A stretch of DNA of 62,991 nucleotides, the filler included, from Octopus bimaculoides (Eukaryota): assembly GCF_001194135.2 (NCBI RefSeq). It is 5 parts of 4 records of this genome, joined end to end, with 100 filler letters (N's around TTAATTAATTAA, not from the genome) between each part and the next. Parts side by side here need not be neighbours in the genome. Positions count along the whole stretch, not along the records: positions 1 to 12,739 come from NC_068984.1; positions 12,840 to 30,555 come from NC_068985.1; 3 more parts are not named here. The stretch is one strand, 5' to 3'. Below are positions 11,863 through 22,905 of this stretch, piece after piece. The position numbers were made by a program, and so were the translations under genes. How positions within the stretch are numbered: position 1 is the stretch's first letter; every line of letters starts with the position of its first letter. The notes under the pieces were generated by a model. The model saw nothing but the letters and a program-made list of their open reading frames with translations. It did no database searches and was not told where the DNA came from.

Positions 11863-12065
11863 ATTATTATTATTGGTGCCTTTGCACAGCTTCTAACGCT
11901 GGAGATACACTACAGTGTCAGCTGTTCACTACTAGTGAACTAAGGTAACACCTCTTATTTTTCGAGCACCTTCCAGAGTATTCGAGCGGTTCCAAGCAGT
12001 GCTGTTTTTTGCGAGTGCTCAACCCTTATTGCAGCCCCTATTTGCTCCACGTACTTCTCGAAGAT
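11863..12065 (-). mobile_element. RLE-type (R4/Dong-like) LINE 3' end
   Basis: Minus strand encodes FEKYVEQIGAAIRVEHSQKTALLGTARILWKVLEK*, the typical QK.ALLGT.RILR.VL C-terminus, then a short UTR and (AAT)n tail. Confidence 0.8.
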
Positions 12066-12184
12066 CGATTAACTAAGTACCAGTTAGGCATTGCGCTCGA
12101 TGTAATCGACTTAATCCCTTCCCCCAAATTTGAGGCCTTGTGCTTCCAGTAGAGAGAACTATTATTATCATTGTTCTGCATCCG

Positions 12185-12739
12185 ATAGCTTCCCAAAACG
12201 TTGGGTTTACCTTATATCTTTTGCTTTTACTTGTTTAAGTCATTGGACTATGGCCATGCTGGGGCACTTCTTTGAACGGTTGATCGAGCAAATCGAACCC
12301 GATACTTATTTTAAATTCTGGGAGCTATTCTAAATAAGTTTCTTTGCTGAACCACTAAGTTATGAGGACGCAAATAAATCAACACCGGTTGCTAAGCTGT
12401 GGCGATAGGGGCAAACACAAACAAAGAAACATAAATACACACACTGGTAGGGACAAACACAAAGTATCACACACACACATACACACATACATGCACATGC
12501 ACACATGCACACGCACACGCGCACACACCTATATACACACACAAACATATACGATGGGCTTCCAAACAATTTCCGTCTACCAAATTCTCTCACATGACAT
12601 TGGTCGACCTGGGATTCACATACACACGCACACACACACGCAAACACACATATATACACACACAAACATATACGATGGGCTTCCAAACAATTTCCGTCTA
12701 CCAAATTCTCTCACATGACATTGGTCGACCTGGGATTCA
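12185..12739 (-). mobile_element. Family C (CORE-type) SINE with duplicated CORE segment
   Basis: Tail 12185-12420, CA-rich internal microsatellite, and two ~122-bp-period copies of tttccgtctaccaaattctctcacatgacattggtcgacctggg next to a gap. Confidence 0.75.
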
Positions 12740-12944
12740 NNNNNNNNNNNNNNNNNNNNNNNNNNNNNNNNNNNNNNNNNNNNTTAATTAATTAANNNNN
12801 NNNNNNNNNNNNNNNNNNNNNNNNNNNNNNNNNNNNNNNATTACGTAGATGAACTTGCATCAGTATGTAATCAATATCGACATTTTATCCACCTGCAATT
12901 CAGTATAGCAGAGACGTTCCGAGAACGTATGCTGAAATAAAGAC

Positions 12945-13175
12945 AATTGCTGCGTGGAAGAGTTTTATAAGCCATTTAAGAACAGACGAAAACTGTTACA
13001 TTCACTTCAACATTTAAATTTAATTTGTGTCACAATACTTACGTCCCTCTGAAACCGTGACCTGTTCACTGACAAAACTTCGTACTGCATCAAATTAAAT
13101 TTAAATGTTGAACGAATCTTAGGTTTTTTAGTGTATGCTTTTAAATGGCTTATAAACATATTCCACGCTGCAATT
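12945..13175. mobile_element. Foldback element with nested inverted repeats, abutting (TA)n
   Basis: Outer arms 12945-12979 / 13141-13175 (31/35 match); inner arms 13000-13027 / 13091-13117. Confidence 0.75.
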
Positions 13176-13796
13176 ATATATATGTATATATGTACACATA
13201 CATATGCATATACGTAAATGTCGAACGATGAAAATAAGCCCTCAACACCGCTTTGATGGATATAATTTCTTTATTTGTGTCCTAATGTTACGACTTATTA
13301 TATACATGTGTGTATTGATGATGTGTGTACGCCAGCTTACGTTGTTATGCACAGTCTTTCCAAAGTGCTTGATATTATTTGACTAAAGTATAAACTAACC
13401 AGAGTGTAGTGAATATGTTTCCTCATAAATTTACTTTTTACGAAAGTGGATTAGCTCGAACAATTAGTAAAATAATGATTATTTCTACTCATCAAATCAC
13501 ACAATGGAGACCCGGTTGCAGTTTAACCCTGTCATATACGTTTAGCGTTATCTGCATAATTTATATTTTACTATGTTTTACACAATAAATCTAAATTTAT
13601 ACAAGGAAATAAAAAAGAGAAAACATAATGGGAGTGATCCGGTGGCATGAGACATAACACTAAATATTTTGGCACGTAATTAAACTCCTTCGAATACATA
13701 GTGGTTGCTTTTTTCTGGAAGCGTTTAATCCGCTTCTGCACCATCACCAGTGCTGCATCATTCCAGCAAGCAACGAAATGCATATGTATACATACA

Positions 13797-13944
<148 letters not shown>

Positions 13945-15464
13945 CGTGTGAGTGTGTGTATACAAGGATAGAAAGTGAGAGGGAGGAATATATATACATA
14001 TATATGTATGTATATGTATGTATATGTTCTGAATGTGCGTGTGTGCTTTTGTGTATACATATTTCCCAATTTAAATGTATGCATATATACTTTCACACAT
14101 GCGCACGCACACACATTTATATTCAAAATAATCCAAAAGAACCACTCTCGTCATATATATCCGATGCATGAATCAATATTGTATATGAGTGACTTCTCAT
14201 AAAATATATACCTGAAGAATGAAACTTAAACTATTGCAGAATTTACTTTTTATAAGGCAAATTTATGTCCAGCTTCATGGCATATCATATTGTCTTTCGC
14301 TCTTTCACCGCAACTAATGGACTTATTTTGATAGTCCATTCTTCCGAGAGGCATGTTATATAAACACTATCATAAAATAAATAAAAAAAAAGGGAAATAT
14401 ATGACTGAACGTTGCGGTATTGTCATGCTACTCCATTAGATTAGCTTAAGTCAAAAGTTGGAAACAATAAAGACATGTGTTTAGCACAACAAAAATAAGT
14501 CATAACTACTTTCACCCTATACCTTCATAAATGAAAGTTAAATATAAGCATGAAATGGATATTGGGAATATCAAAACGCCCATAACAGGTACATATATGT
14601 GATAACTTATAGTTATGAAATCCTACTATGTTTAAAACTTTTTTAATGTAAACGCAGAATTTCCAGAGCATTGCTAAAATGTGATTCCTTTATGAAACAG
14701 ACATACCGCTTGTAACCACGACGATGGATCGAGTTTAATCCAGGGAACAGAATCGTCTGATCGTGAAAATAGCGTGTGAGCATTTCAACAATCCACAAGT
14801 AGTTCTCAGGGATATTCAGCAGTACATAGAATGTGACAAACCTGAAACTTTCTAATTACATGTGCAACTGAATTTTTTGCAGCTGAGTTCACTGGAGACA
14901 TGAAATAAAGTGTTTTGCTCAAGGATATAATCTGCCGCCAAGAATCGAACTCGTGAACTTAGGACTTAACCCAAACATCCTAATCAATATTTCCCCCGTC
15001 TTGACTTCTTGTGTCATAAATCCACATCATATATTCATTTCTTTAGTTTACGGTGGGCTTCTGCTTGATTTGAAATCAACTACGTTGATAATTTTACCCT
15101 TAGCAAATACGTTTAAAGTGTATTGTAAAAAACGTGAATGTCGTGTCCGATTGTTAAACGTTGATTCTCAGCTTTTTTTCAAACATTGGCCTACAGCAAG
15201 ACTGCTCCATCGCATTGAAACCTTTTAGTGGAAGAGATTGGCCCCGGTCCTTATCTAGAAATGTTTTACATATTATATTATAAACATCAAAAACAATACT
15301 GGTTGCCAAGCGGTGCAGGGTCACACACAGAATCCCACATGTACTCACACATATGTATATTTNNNNNNNNNNNNNNNNNNNNNNNNNNNNNNNNNNNNNN
15401 NNNNNNNNNNNNNNNNNNNNNNNNNNNNNNNNNNNNNNNNNNNNNNNNNNNNNNNNNNNNNNNA

Positions 15465-15760
15465 TAGATTTTTATAAACCTTCCACTGAAGAGGGAGCCG
15501 ATTTTCAATAAGGATACAAGGCACCATTTTAAGATGTAGCTGACACAAACAAATTCACATTTGGAACTTGAGAAAAGTCTTGCATATTTTTACTGTTCCA
15601 TTCACATATTGGACTTGTAATGTACGAATCAGCCGATCGATTTTTCCATTTGAAAATCCCAGATTATCTAGATTCTCCTTTAGGCATTTACTAACAAAGC
15701 GTAGTTCGCCAATTATTATTGGTGTGAATATGAATTCATAGTCTGGATAAAGAAGCTGGG
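15465..15760 (-). mobile_element. RLE-type LINE 3' end (second family)
   Basis: Minus frame: LYPDYEFIFTPIIIGELRFVSKCLKENLDNLGFSNGKIDRLIRTLQVQYVNGTVKICKTFLKFQM*, matching the RLE nuclease C-terminus (P.IIG.LG...GT..I), followed by a 3' UTR. Confidence 0.75.
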
Positions 15761-18022
15761 GCGGGGTGATGCAGTTTTCTATTGATATCCTATGAATGTA
15801 TGTATGCAAGTATGTATGTACGTATATGTGTGTATATAAAAGATGAATGTACACACAGTTTTCGTTAAAAAGCCTACAAAAAAGCCTATTGTAGAAGGGA
15901 CTTGCTTCAGAGATGACCGAATCTGAAACCACGTGACTGCAAAGCAAGTTGCTTAGCCACACAGCTACATGTTTTCTATATGATACATAATATGAATGAT
16001 AGTTAACTGAAATCATTTTCACTGCTGTGCAGATTTTTCTATAATGAACGAAACCAACCACTTGAATCCTGTTGCTTTTGAGAGAAAAGATAGACTCAAA
16101 TGCTTCTGATTCAACTAAATTTATTTCATTCTTTCGCATTATCATTCTCATTTGAATTAGGCAATTTCGTTCTAGAAGAATTGCATTTATTTGTTAGGAA
16201 ATCTTATTTCCTAAATGTTAATTTTGAATGTGAGATTCTAACATGTGTTGCCTGACACACAGCATTTCAACTGATTGACGACTCTAAACTAATGTAGAAT
16301 ACAACGAGGGCCTCCCTAATTTACAACATTATTCTCTTCATTCGATAATGTTCTATCATTGGCAATCAACAGTTGAGTGATAACATTAGATCATGGTTTG
16401 TAGAAAGCCTTCAAGCAGAAATAGATTCTTCTTATTTCTTGCAGCACAGCAGAACTTCTAAAAGTTGCGTGATATCATTCCGTGTTCCCACTTCCCAAAC
16501 ACAATTTAGAACATGTATTCTTCGGTATCACGTTCCTTGAGAATCATGTACACGTTACGAAGTGCAAATCCGTGCATAATTAAATCATTCTCCTTGATTT
16601 AAAGGTAATAATTCTAAATATTTAGACAACAAATAGTCAGTATGTCCCCACTTACCTTAAGCATTGCAGCTCATGATGATGCGAGTCGAGCTATACAACA
16701 AATGCCCAAAAGCGAAATTTATCGTTGTACACCAGGATTCACATGCAGTTGAATAATTTTATGCATAACCTATGTAGAAGCAACACAAACAGGACAAATG
16801 TGAGCAATTCTCCGTCGACCGAACAGCATTATGATCAGCTATTATCAATTTTCAAGCATTATTTGGTAGTCGTGAGACGTCTCTACATCCCTTGAGCAGT
16901 CTAAGACAAAATACCTGGAAATCTATTTAAATATATAATCAACTCACTACATTCAGAGAAATTACACTACTAATTTCTGTATTATTAATATTTAACACAA
17001 TATTTGAAATAACCGACTTGTCAACGAGGTTCTCAGTCCATAGTGTGGTTACAATTTTCTAAAATAATACAGCTGGAAAAGCGATGAATTTAAAATATTT
17101 ATACGGTCTCAGAGATTTTTTATTGTCCACAAACACACACACACATCACATATGTATATATATATATATATATNNNNNNNNNNNNNNNNNNNNNNNNNNN
17201 NNNNNNNNNNNNNNNNNNNNNNNNNNNNNNNNNNNNNNNNNNNNNNNNNNNNNNNNNNNNNNNNNNNNNNNNNNNNNNNNNNNNNNNNNNNNNNNNNNNN
17301 NNNNNNNNNNNNNNNNNNNNNNNNNNNNNNNNNNNNNNNNNNNNNNNNNNNNNNNNNNNNNNNNNNNNNNNNNNNNNNNNNNNNNNNNNNNNNNNNNNNN
17401 NNNNNNNNNNNNNNNNNNNNNNNNNNNNNNNNNNNNNNNNNNNNNNNNNNNNNNNNNNNNNNNNNNNNNNNNNNNNNNNNNNNNNNNNNNNNNNNNNNNN
17501 NNNNNNNNNNNNNNNNNNNNNNNNNNNNNNNNNNNNNNNNNNNNNNNNNNNNNNNNNNNNNNNNNNNNNNNNNNNNNNNNNNNNNNNNNNNNNNNNNNNN
17601 NNNNNNNNNNNNNNNNNNNNNNNNNNNNNNNNNNTATTTCAGTATCAAATCACATTTCGATACTGTAATGACAGATACTAAAAGTACATACAAAATTACT
17701 TTGCCCCTCTAAAATTAACTATTTCTATTCCTCTTACACATCGTTTCAATTGCTACTTTCTCTTATGAACGATCCAAGAAAAAAGACAAAGAAATGAAGG
17801 AGAGTGAGAGTCAAATAAACAGACACTGCCAATCATACGTAAATACACACATATATATGTACCTATGGTTACCAATGACCTCATTCTAATTGGCGGGAAT
17901 TATAAGTTTACTTTCCATTTCTACCACCGTCATTTACCAGCAAGACATCTTTCTCAAATACGATCAACAAACATTTATTCCATTCAAACTCTGAGTTTTT
18001 TTTGAAAATCTTTTCGTAAATC

Positions 18023-18112
18023 TTGAGATTAACACCCGCATCATTACCTACCTAACCCTAACAAACCCTAACCCTAACAATGTAGTGAAAATCGTACGGG
18101 TGTTAATCTGAA
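18023..18112. mobile_element. TIR element with internal telomere-like (CCCTAA)n, copy 1
   Basis: TTGAGATTAACACCCGCA ... AATCGTACGGGTGTTAATCTGAA enclosing CTAACCCTAA repeats. Confidence 0.75.
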
Positions 18113-18279
18113 AATTTAACAATCTTTTTTAAAACACTTTTGCTTACTAACAACTTTTTTATTTAGTGTGGGTGTTGCCCATATATATATACACTTAAGA
18201 CTTAGTTGTGGGTTGGGAATTTGATCGGCAGAGGTCATTATTATTATTATTTTAAATTTTTCCCACAACGGCGGCTTCG

Positions 18280-18388
18280 GGCAGGTGGAGAATAGTCGAT
18301 TATATTGAACCCTGTGTTCAACTGGTACTTATTTTTTAGACCCCGAAAGGTTGAAAGGCAAAGTCAACTTCGGCGGAATTTGAACTCA
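18280..18388 (-). mobile_element. Family A SINE fragment
   Basis: agtcgattatattgaaccc...aaaggcaaagtcaacttcggcggaatttgaactca. Confidence 0.75.
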
Positions 18389-18640
18389 CACATTCATACA
18401 TACAAATATCTGTCATTCGCTTCCAAATACTATCGACAGTCAAACATTTATTCCTTACAAACTGATTTTTTTAAATATCTTTCTTGAAACGCATTTACTT
18501 ACTACCATATATAGACACAGAATACACATTAATACACACATACATACACATACCTGTCATTTGTTTTTTTAGTGTGTATGTGTGTTGCCCATCTTAATAT
18601 ATAATGATGAAGTTCTGTACTTACTAACATTTTTTTATTT

Positions 18641-19231
18641 CGATCTATTTTAAACGGGGGCGCCAGTTTTCATTTATGTTTTATGTAGTGTTTTTGGTAC
18701 GGAAAGACTTTCAAACTTCGTATACTTATCTATTTTNNNNNNNNNNNNNNNNNNNNNNNNNNNNNNNNNNNNNNNNNNNNNNNNNNNNNNNNNNNNNNNN
18801 NNNNNNNNNNNNNNNNNNNNNNNNNNNNNNNNNNNNNNNNNNNNNNNNNNNNNNNNNNNNNNNNNNNNNNNNNNNNNNNNNNNNNNNNNNNNNNNNNNNN
18901 NNNNNNNNNNNNNNNTACAGCGTAATTTATTATATAAACAATATATGCGTATAAATTACGATTAAACCGGATGAAATATGTCACATGGAATAACATTTTT
19001 ATGACCGCCCAGCACTTAATGTATTCGGCTGAATGGACGTCAGTGATTGGTTGAAATTACAGAAATACGACAACTTTAACATGGAATAACTTACGAATTC
19101 CTTTTTTTTGTTAAGAAGACTAAGAGTAAAATATGTTTTATATGACACATTCTACCAGTGTCCCAAGTTTCAAAGTGTTTCGTTAGTGTTTCGTTAAGAA
19201 AATACTGGCGCCCCCGTTTTAAAATAGATCC
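18641..19231. mobile_element. MITE with ~27-bp TIRs and 8-bp TSD
   Basis: GATCTATTTTAAACGGGGGCGCCAGT / ACTGGCGCCCCCGTTTTAAAATAGATC; TSD TTTTATTT at 18633-18640 and 19232-19239. Confidence 0.85.
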
Positions 19232-19337
19232 TTTTATTTAGTGTGTATGTCTGTGTGTGTTGCCCATATATATATGCACTTAAGACTTAGCTGTGGGTTG
19301 GGAGTTTGATCTGCAGAGGTCATTATTATTATTATTA

Positions 19338-19485
19338 TTCAGATAAACACCCGCACGATTTTCAATAGGGTGTTAGGGTTAAGGTTTTTGGGTCAGGGAT
19401 ACGGTTTTAGGGTTACGATGAGGGTTAGTCTTACGGTTACGGTTTTAGGGTTAGGGTTACGTAATCGTGCGGGTGTTAATCTGAA
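19338..19485. mobile_element. TIR element with internal telomere-like (TTAGGG)n, copy 2
   Basis: 23-bp TIR TTCAGATAAACACCCGCACGATT / AATCGTGCGGGTGTTAATCTGAA enclosing degenerate TTAGGG repeats. Confidence 0.8.
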
Positions 19486-20016
19486 AAATCACCGAAATGT
19501 GAAAACTACCGACCCTCCCATCTGTTATAACTTTTGTTGTTCTGTTTAATATGTACATAGATTATGCCTCCGTTTAAAAAAAGACAGCAACAGACTGCAG
19601 CAATTCACCACATTCCAGAAATTACTTTGAACATAATGCAAAACGGTGCATCATCATCTTCTGCCATGGCCAACAATTGCTTCATCAGAAATTGCCGTCC
19701 TACCTCCTGCGAAAAGGAATTACCCTGCTATGTGTAATCAAGCCAGCGCAAAAAGCTGTTTTGCACAAGCATTTGTATAGCCAATTAGACGGATGAAATG
19801 TACGTACACTTAATAATGTTACACAAAACAGCCTTCAGACTTCCCCTATTAATTTCGTCTTTTGAATTATGAACATATTAACATCATAAGGGTTTTTTTT
19901 CATCGTAAGGCTTTCTTTTTTAGTTGATTTTCACCTAGCAAGACGTATCGTAGGTGGCGTAGTAAGTCACACCCGGACAACGTCGGGTTATACTGCTAGT
20001 ATATATATATATATAT

Positions 20017-20257
20017 AATCATACATATATAGAGATTGACAGTAACCTGCTTCTCCAACATACTGAGAATTCAGAAATAGCAGCCAAATAACTACTGATT
20101 CCAAAACTACAAATTATTACTCTAAATTGATAGCGATATTTTTGATACACACAGAACAAAAAACAGTAGAGAAGAGTAAAAAACCACCTGCCTTTAGTTA
20201 ATTTAGTACGATCGTTTCACAGTTAAGAGTAAAGAATACTCTATTCTGATCTTCAGC
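20017..20257 (-). mobile_element. PLE-type terminal (pLTR-like) segment carrying a hammerhead
   Basis: Shares ATCATA.ATATA.AGAGATT...TGCTTCTCCAACATACTGA with 60875-60986; contains the hammerhead below; its 3' end abuts (TA)n. Confidence 0.6.
20201..20257 (-). ncRNA. Minimal type-I hammerhead ribozyme motif
   Basis: Minus strand: G-CTGAAGA-TCAG[aatAGAGTAttcttTACTCTtaa]CTGT-GAA-ACGATCGT(palindrome)-A-CTAAAT. Core intact; 10.1/11.1 positions are T/T; the stem I partner is mostly hidden in the N gap. Confidence 0.7.
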
Positions 20258-21790
20258 NNNNNNNNNNNNNNNNNNNNNNNNNNNNNNNNNNNNNNNNNNN
20301 NNNNNNNNNNNNNNNNNNNNNNNNNNNNNNNNNNNNNNNNNNNNNNNNNNNNNNNNNNNNNNNNNNNNNNNNNNNNNNNNNNNNNNNNNNNNNNNNNNNN
20401 NNNNNNNNNNNNNNNNNNNNNNNNNNNNNNNNNNNNNNNNNNNNNNNNNNNNNNNNNNNNNNNNNNNNNNNNNNNNNNNNNNNNNNNNNNNNNNNNNNNN
20501 NNNNNNNNNNNNNNNNNNNNNNNNNNNNNNNNNNNNNNNNNNNNNNNNNNNNNNNNNNNNNNNNNNNNNNNNNNNNNNNNNNNNNNNNNNNNNNNNNNNN
20601 NNNNNNNNNNNNNNNNNNNNNNNNNNNNNNNNNNNNNNNNNNNNNNNNNNNNNNNNNNNNNNNNNNNNNNNNNNNNNNNNNNNNNNNNNNNNNNNNNNNN
20701 NNNNNNNNNNNNNNNNNNNNNNNNNNNNNNNNNNNNNNNNNNNNNNNNNNNNNNNNNNNNNNNNNNNNNNNNNNNNNNNNNNNNNNNNNNNNNNNNNNNN
20801 NNNNNNNNNNNNNNNNNNNNNNNNNNNNNNNNNNNNNNNNNNNNNNNNNNNNNNNNNNNNNNNNNNNNNNNNNNNNNNNNNNNNNNNNNNNNNNNNNNNN
20901 NNNNNNNNNNNNNNNNNNNNNNNNNNNNNNNNNNNNNNNNNNNNNNNNNNNNNNNNNNNNNNNNNNNNNNNNNNNNNNNNNNNNNNNNNNNNNNNNNNNN
21001 NNNNNNNNNNNNNNNNNNNNNNNNNNNNNNNNNNNNNNNNNNNNNNNNNNNNNNNNNNNNNNNNNNNNNNNNNNNNNNNNNNNNNNNNNNNNNNNNNNNN
21101 NNNNNNATATATATATATATATAAGTGTACCATGTATCCGAAAAAGAACGATGCTCTGAATCATAGACCAGTATTGTATTTATACGTAGTTAAGTATACG
21201 TGAGGTCATAGAGTGACAAATGGTTTCGCATCCTTAAAATGCATAGCCCTACGGACAATTCATCGGATTCTAAAACCGAAGGCTATATAATTCTGCAGAC
21301 CATACAATTCTCGGAGACAGGAATCCGTGGCGGTCAATTAGTTAGCAAATAAAGAAAGAATAAACAATCTTGGTCGGCGAGGATGGTTTATCACCCTTAG
21401 ACCAGTCCATATGAGTCAAAAACGAGAATGGGAAACTCTGTCCGTACATTGATTTTTGCAAGTAAGGTACTTTTCGGACCTAACCGATGAATGAGACATC
21501 CAGTGCTTTCAGCCTGTAGTGTTTCACATGAATGCAGGAGATGCATATTTCTTGCTTTGAATTCAGTAAATCTAGTTATAGGCAGATTTAGAAGCTCCTT
21601 GGTTTGCAGAGTCTGCTCCCATTAATGTAGGAACCTGGCCACTCTATTAACATCCACTTGATATGGTATGGGATCCATTCATTGTTGAGGCGCCGGACGT
21701 GGCTTCTTACGGAGCTGTCGAATCATCTTTCACAATTCTGAAAGACGATCAGTGGTTGTACAGGCGCTGCTTCAAGGTAGGTACTGATGT

Positions 21791-22641
21791 GTGTTCAATA
21801 GGCACAACGGAACGGTCACCTTTTGTTGCGCACCTAACATGGATATTATATTAACAAATACCCATAAAACGCAGGAGAAGGGTGGTTGCTCATGCGGGGA
21901 GTTAATGCGAGGCTGAGGAAGTCATTTATGAGGCAGTGGTCATAACCCAAGTTAGTGACCATAGTAATAGCAGCAACAACTCATCCAACAACTCGACGGC
22001 AATGGACGCGGGAACAGCAGTAAGAACACTAGCACTGATGCCAACGACACTAACACCAGCGCCACGGCCGGAGATGACGACCGCAGCAACACCAGCAATC
22101 CCAGCGAGGTTACCGGCTCCACGTCTATTACTACTAACAACGGCAGCCACATCATCGGTAACAGCTGCAGGGATGACTACTAAAATAACAACAGCCACAG
22201 CGATATCCTCAAGACCCACATTCCGAAATATCAAACCCCTAGCATCTTCAGTAACAACAGTTGCAACAACAACAACATTTCCAGTCCCAGAGACAACCGA
22301 AGATGAACCAGAAATGTGATCACAAACCATAACCCGACTCCGGAAATATATCGGAGAAATAGAGACAGCCTTTAGACGGAGCATGTTCGATCACAGGTCC
22401 TCTTTCAGGGTGGCTAGAAATGTGTGGCACTTCAAAAATAAATGGACCCTAATACGATATCTAGTAGAGGGTCATAGAGCTGCTGGGTTGCTATGTTAAC
22501 GGGAGCAGACCCTATACGCTTTGAATTGCTGGTCGAGCAAAGATCCTCAAAGACTCACTAGAATCAGGAACACTAAATACATACTTCTGCAGCACCTGCA
22601 TCCATTTCAAACGCTACCTGCTACAAACATACATCGAATAG
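21791..22641 (+). pseudogene. PLE linker plus GIY-YIG endonuclease pseudo-ORF with long low-complexity insert
   Basis: VFNRHN...GGCSC (frameshift) CEAEEVIYEAVVIT-[T/A/P-rich]-*SQTITRLRKYIGEIETAFRRSMFDHRSSFR..VWHFK (frameshift) YVNGSRPYTL*IAGRAKILK..TLN..STCIHFKRYLL*. Confidence 0.75.
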
Positions 22642-22830
22642 ATCCGAAAAGGTCCTTACGAAGTAAAAGACATCTAGGCGCGAAGTTCACCGTCCCTCAT
22701 TTTGAAACATGTGTCTTGGTCTAAGAGAGGTTACTCGTTCACGGATTGCTTATTCTTTGTTTTCTTACTAACTAACTGACCGTAACGGATCCTCTCCTCA
22801 ACGTTCTGAAAATCTATATGTATTTCGGTC

Positions 22831-22905
22831 TTCGAGTCTGAAGCACGCCTCGTTTATGTGGCTGAAACCGCTATGGTTGCGATACCATCGCGGGTACTCT
22901 ATGAA
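22831..22905 (+). ncRNA. Degenerate type-I hammerhead ribozyme in PLE 3' region
   Basis: Stem I GAGT/ACTC, core CTGAAGCA, stem II GCC/GGC, GAAA, stem III CCGC-ATGGT/ACCAT-GCGG; U16.1 replaced by G (22894). Confidence 0.6.

Larger units (their letters stand above)
18592..19999 (+). mobile_element. Non-autonomous Helitron containing nested elements
   Basis: 5' A|TCTTAATATATAA at 18591/18592; 3' hairpin ACCCGGACAACGTCGGGT (19971-19988) then CTAG|T (19996-20000); insertion between A and T with no TSD. Confidence 0.65.

Noticed and set aside
12530-12739. Exact ~122-bp tandem duplication of a SINE segment
   Set aside because: Identical copies ending at a scaffold gap; likely an assembly echo.
12784-12795. 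TTAATTAATTAA island inside N runs (also 30600-30611, 34466-34477, 60736-60747)
   Set aside because: Identical 12-mer with stops in all six frames, centred in 44 N + 12 + 44 N = 100 bp: an assembly gap spacer, not biology.
15484-15510. CTGAAGAG motif (also CTGAAGA/CTGATGA at 14212, 23709 minus, 36310, 49519, 54182)
   Set aside because: No stem II followed by GAAA and no stem I/III complement.
16659-16770. Strong minus-strand donor AAG|GTAAGT with upstream acceptors
   Set aside because: The longer candidate exon has stops in all frames and the short one has no supporting context.
21380-21460. SPLDQSI*VKNENGKLCPYIDFCK, superficially like a Gypsy RT motif
   Set aside because: Contains stops, has no other LTR-element motifs nearby, and lies within a collinear Penelope-like element.
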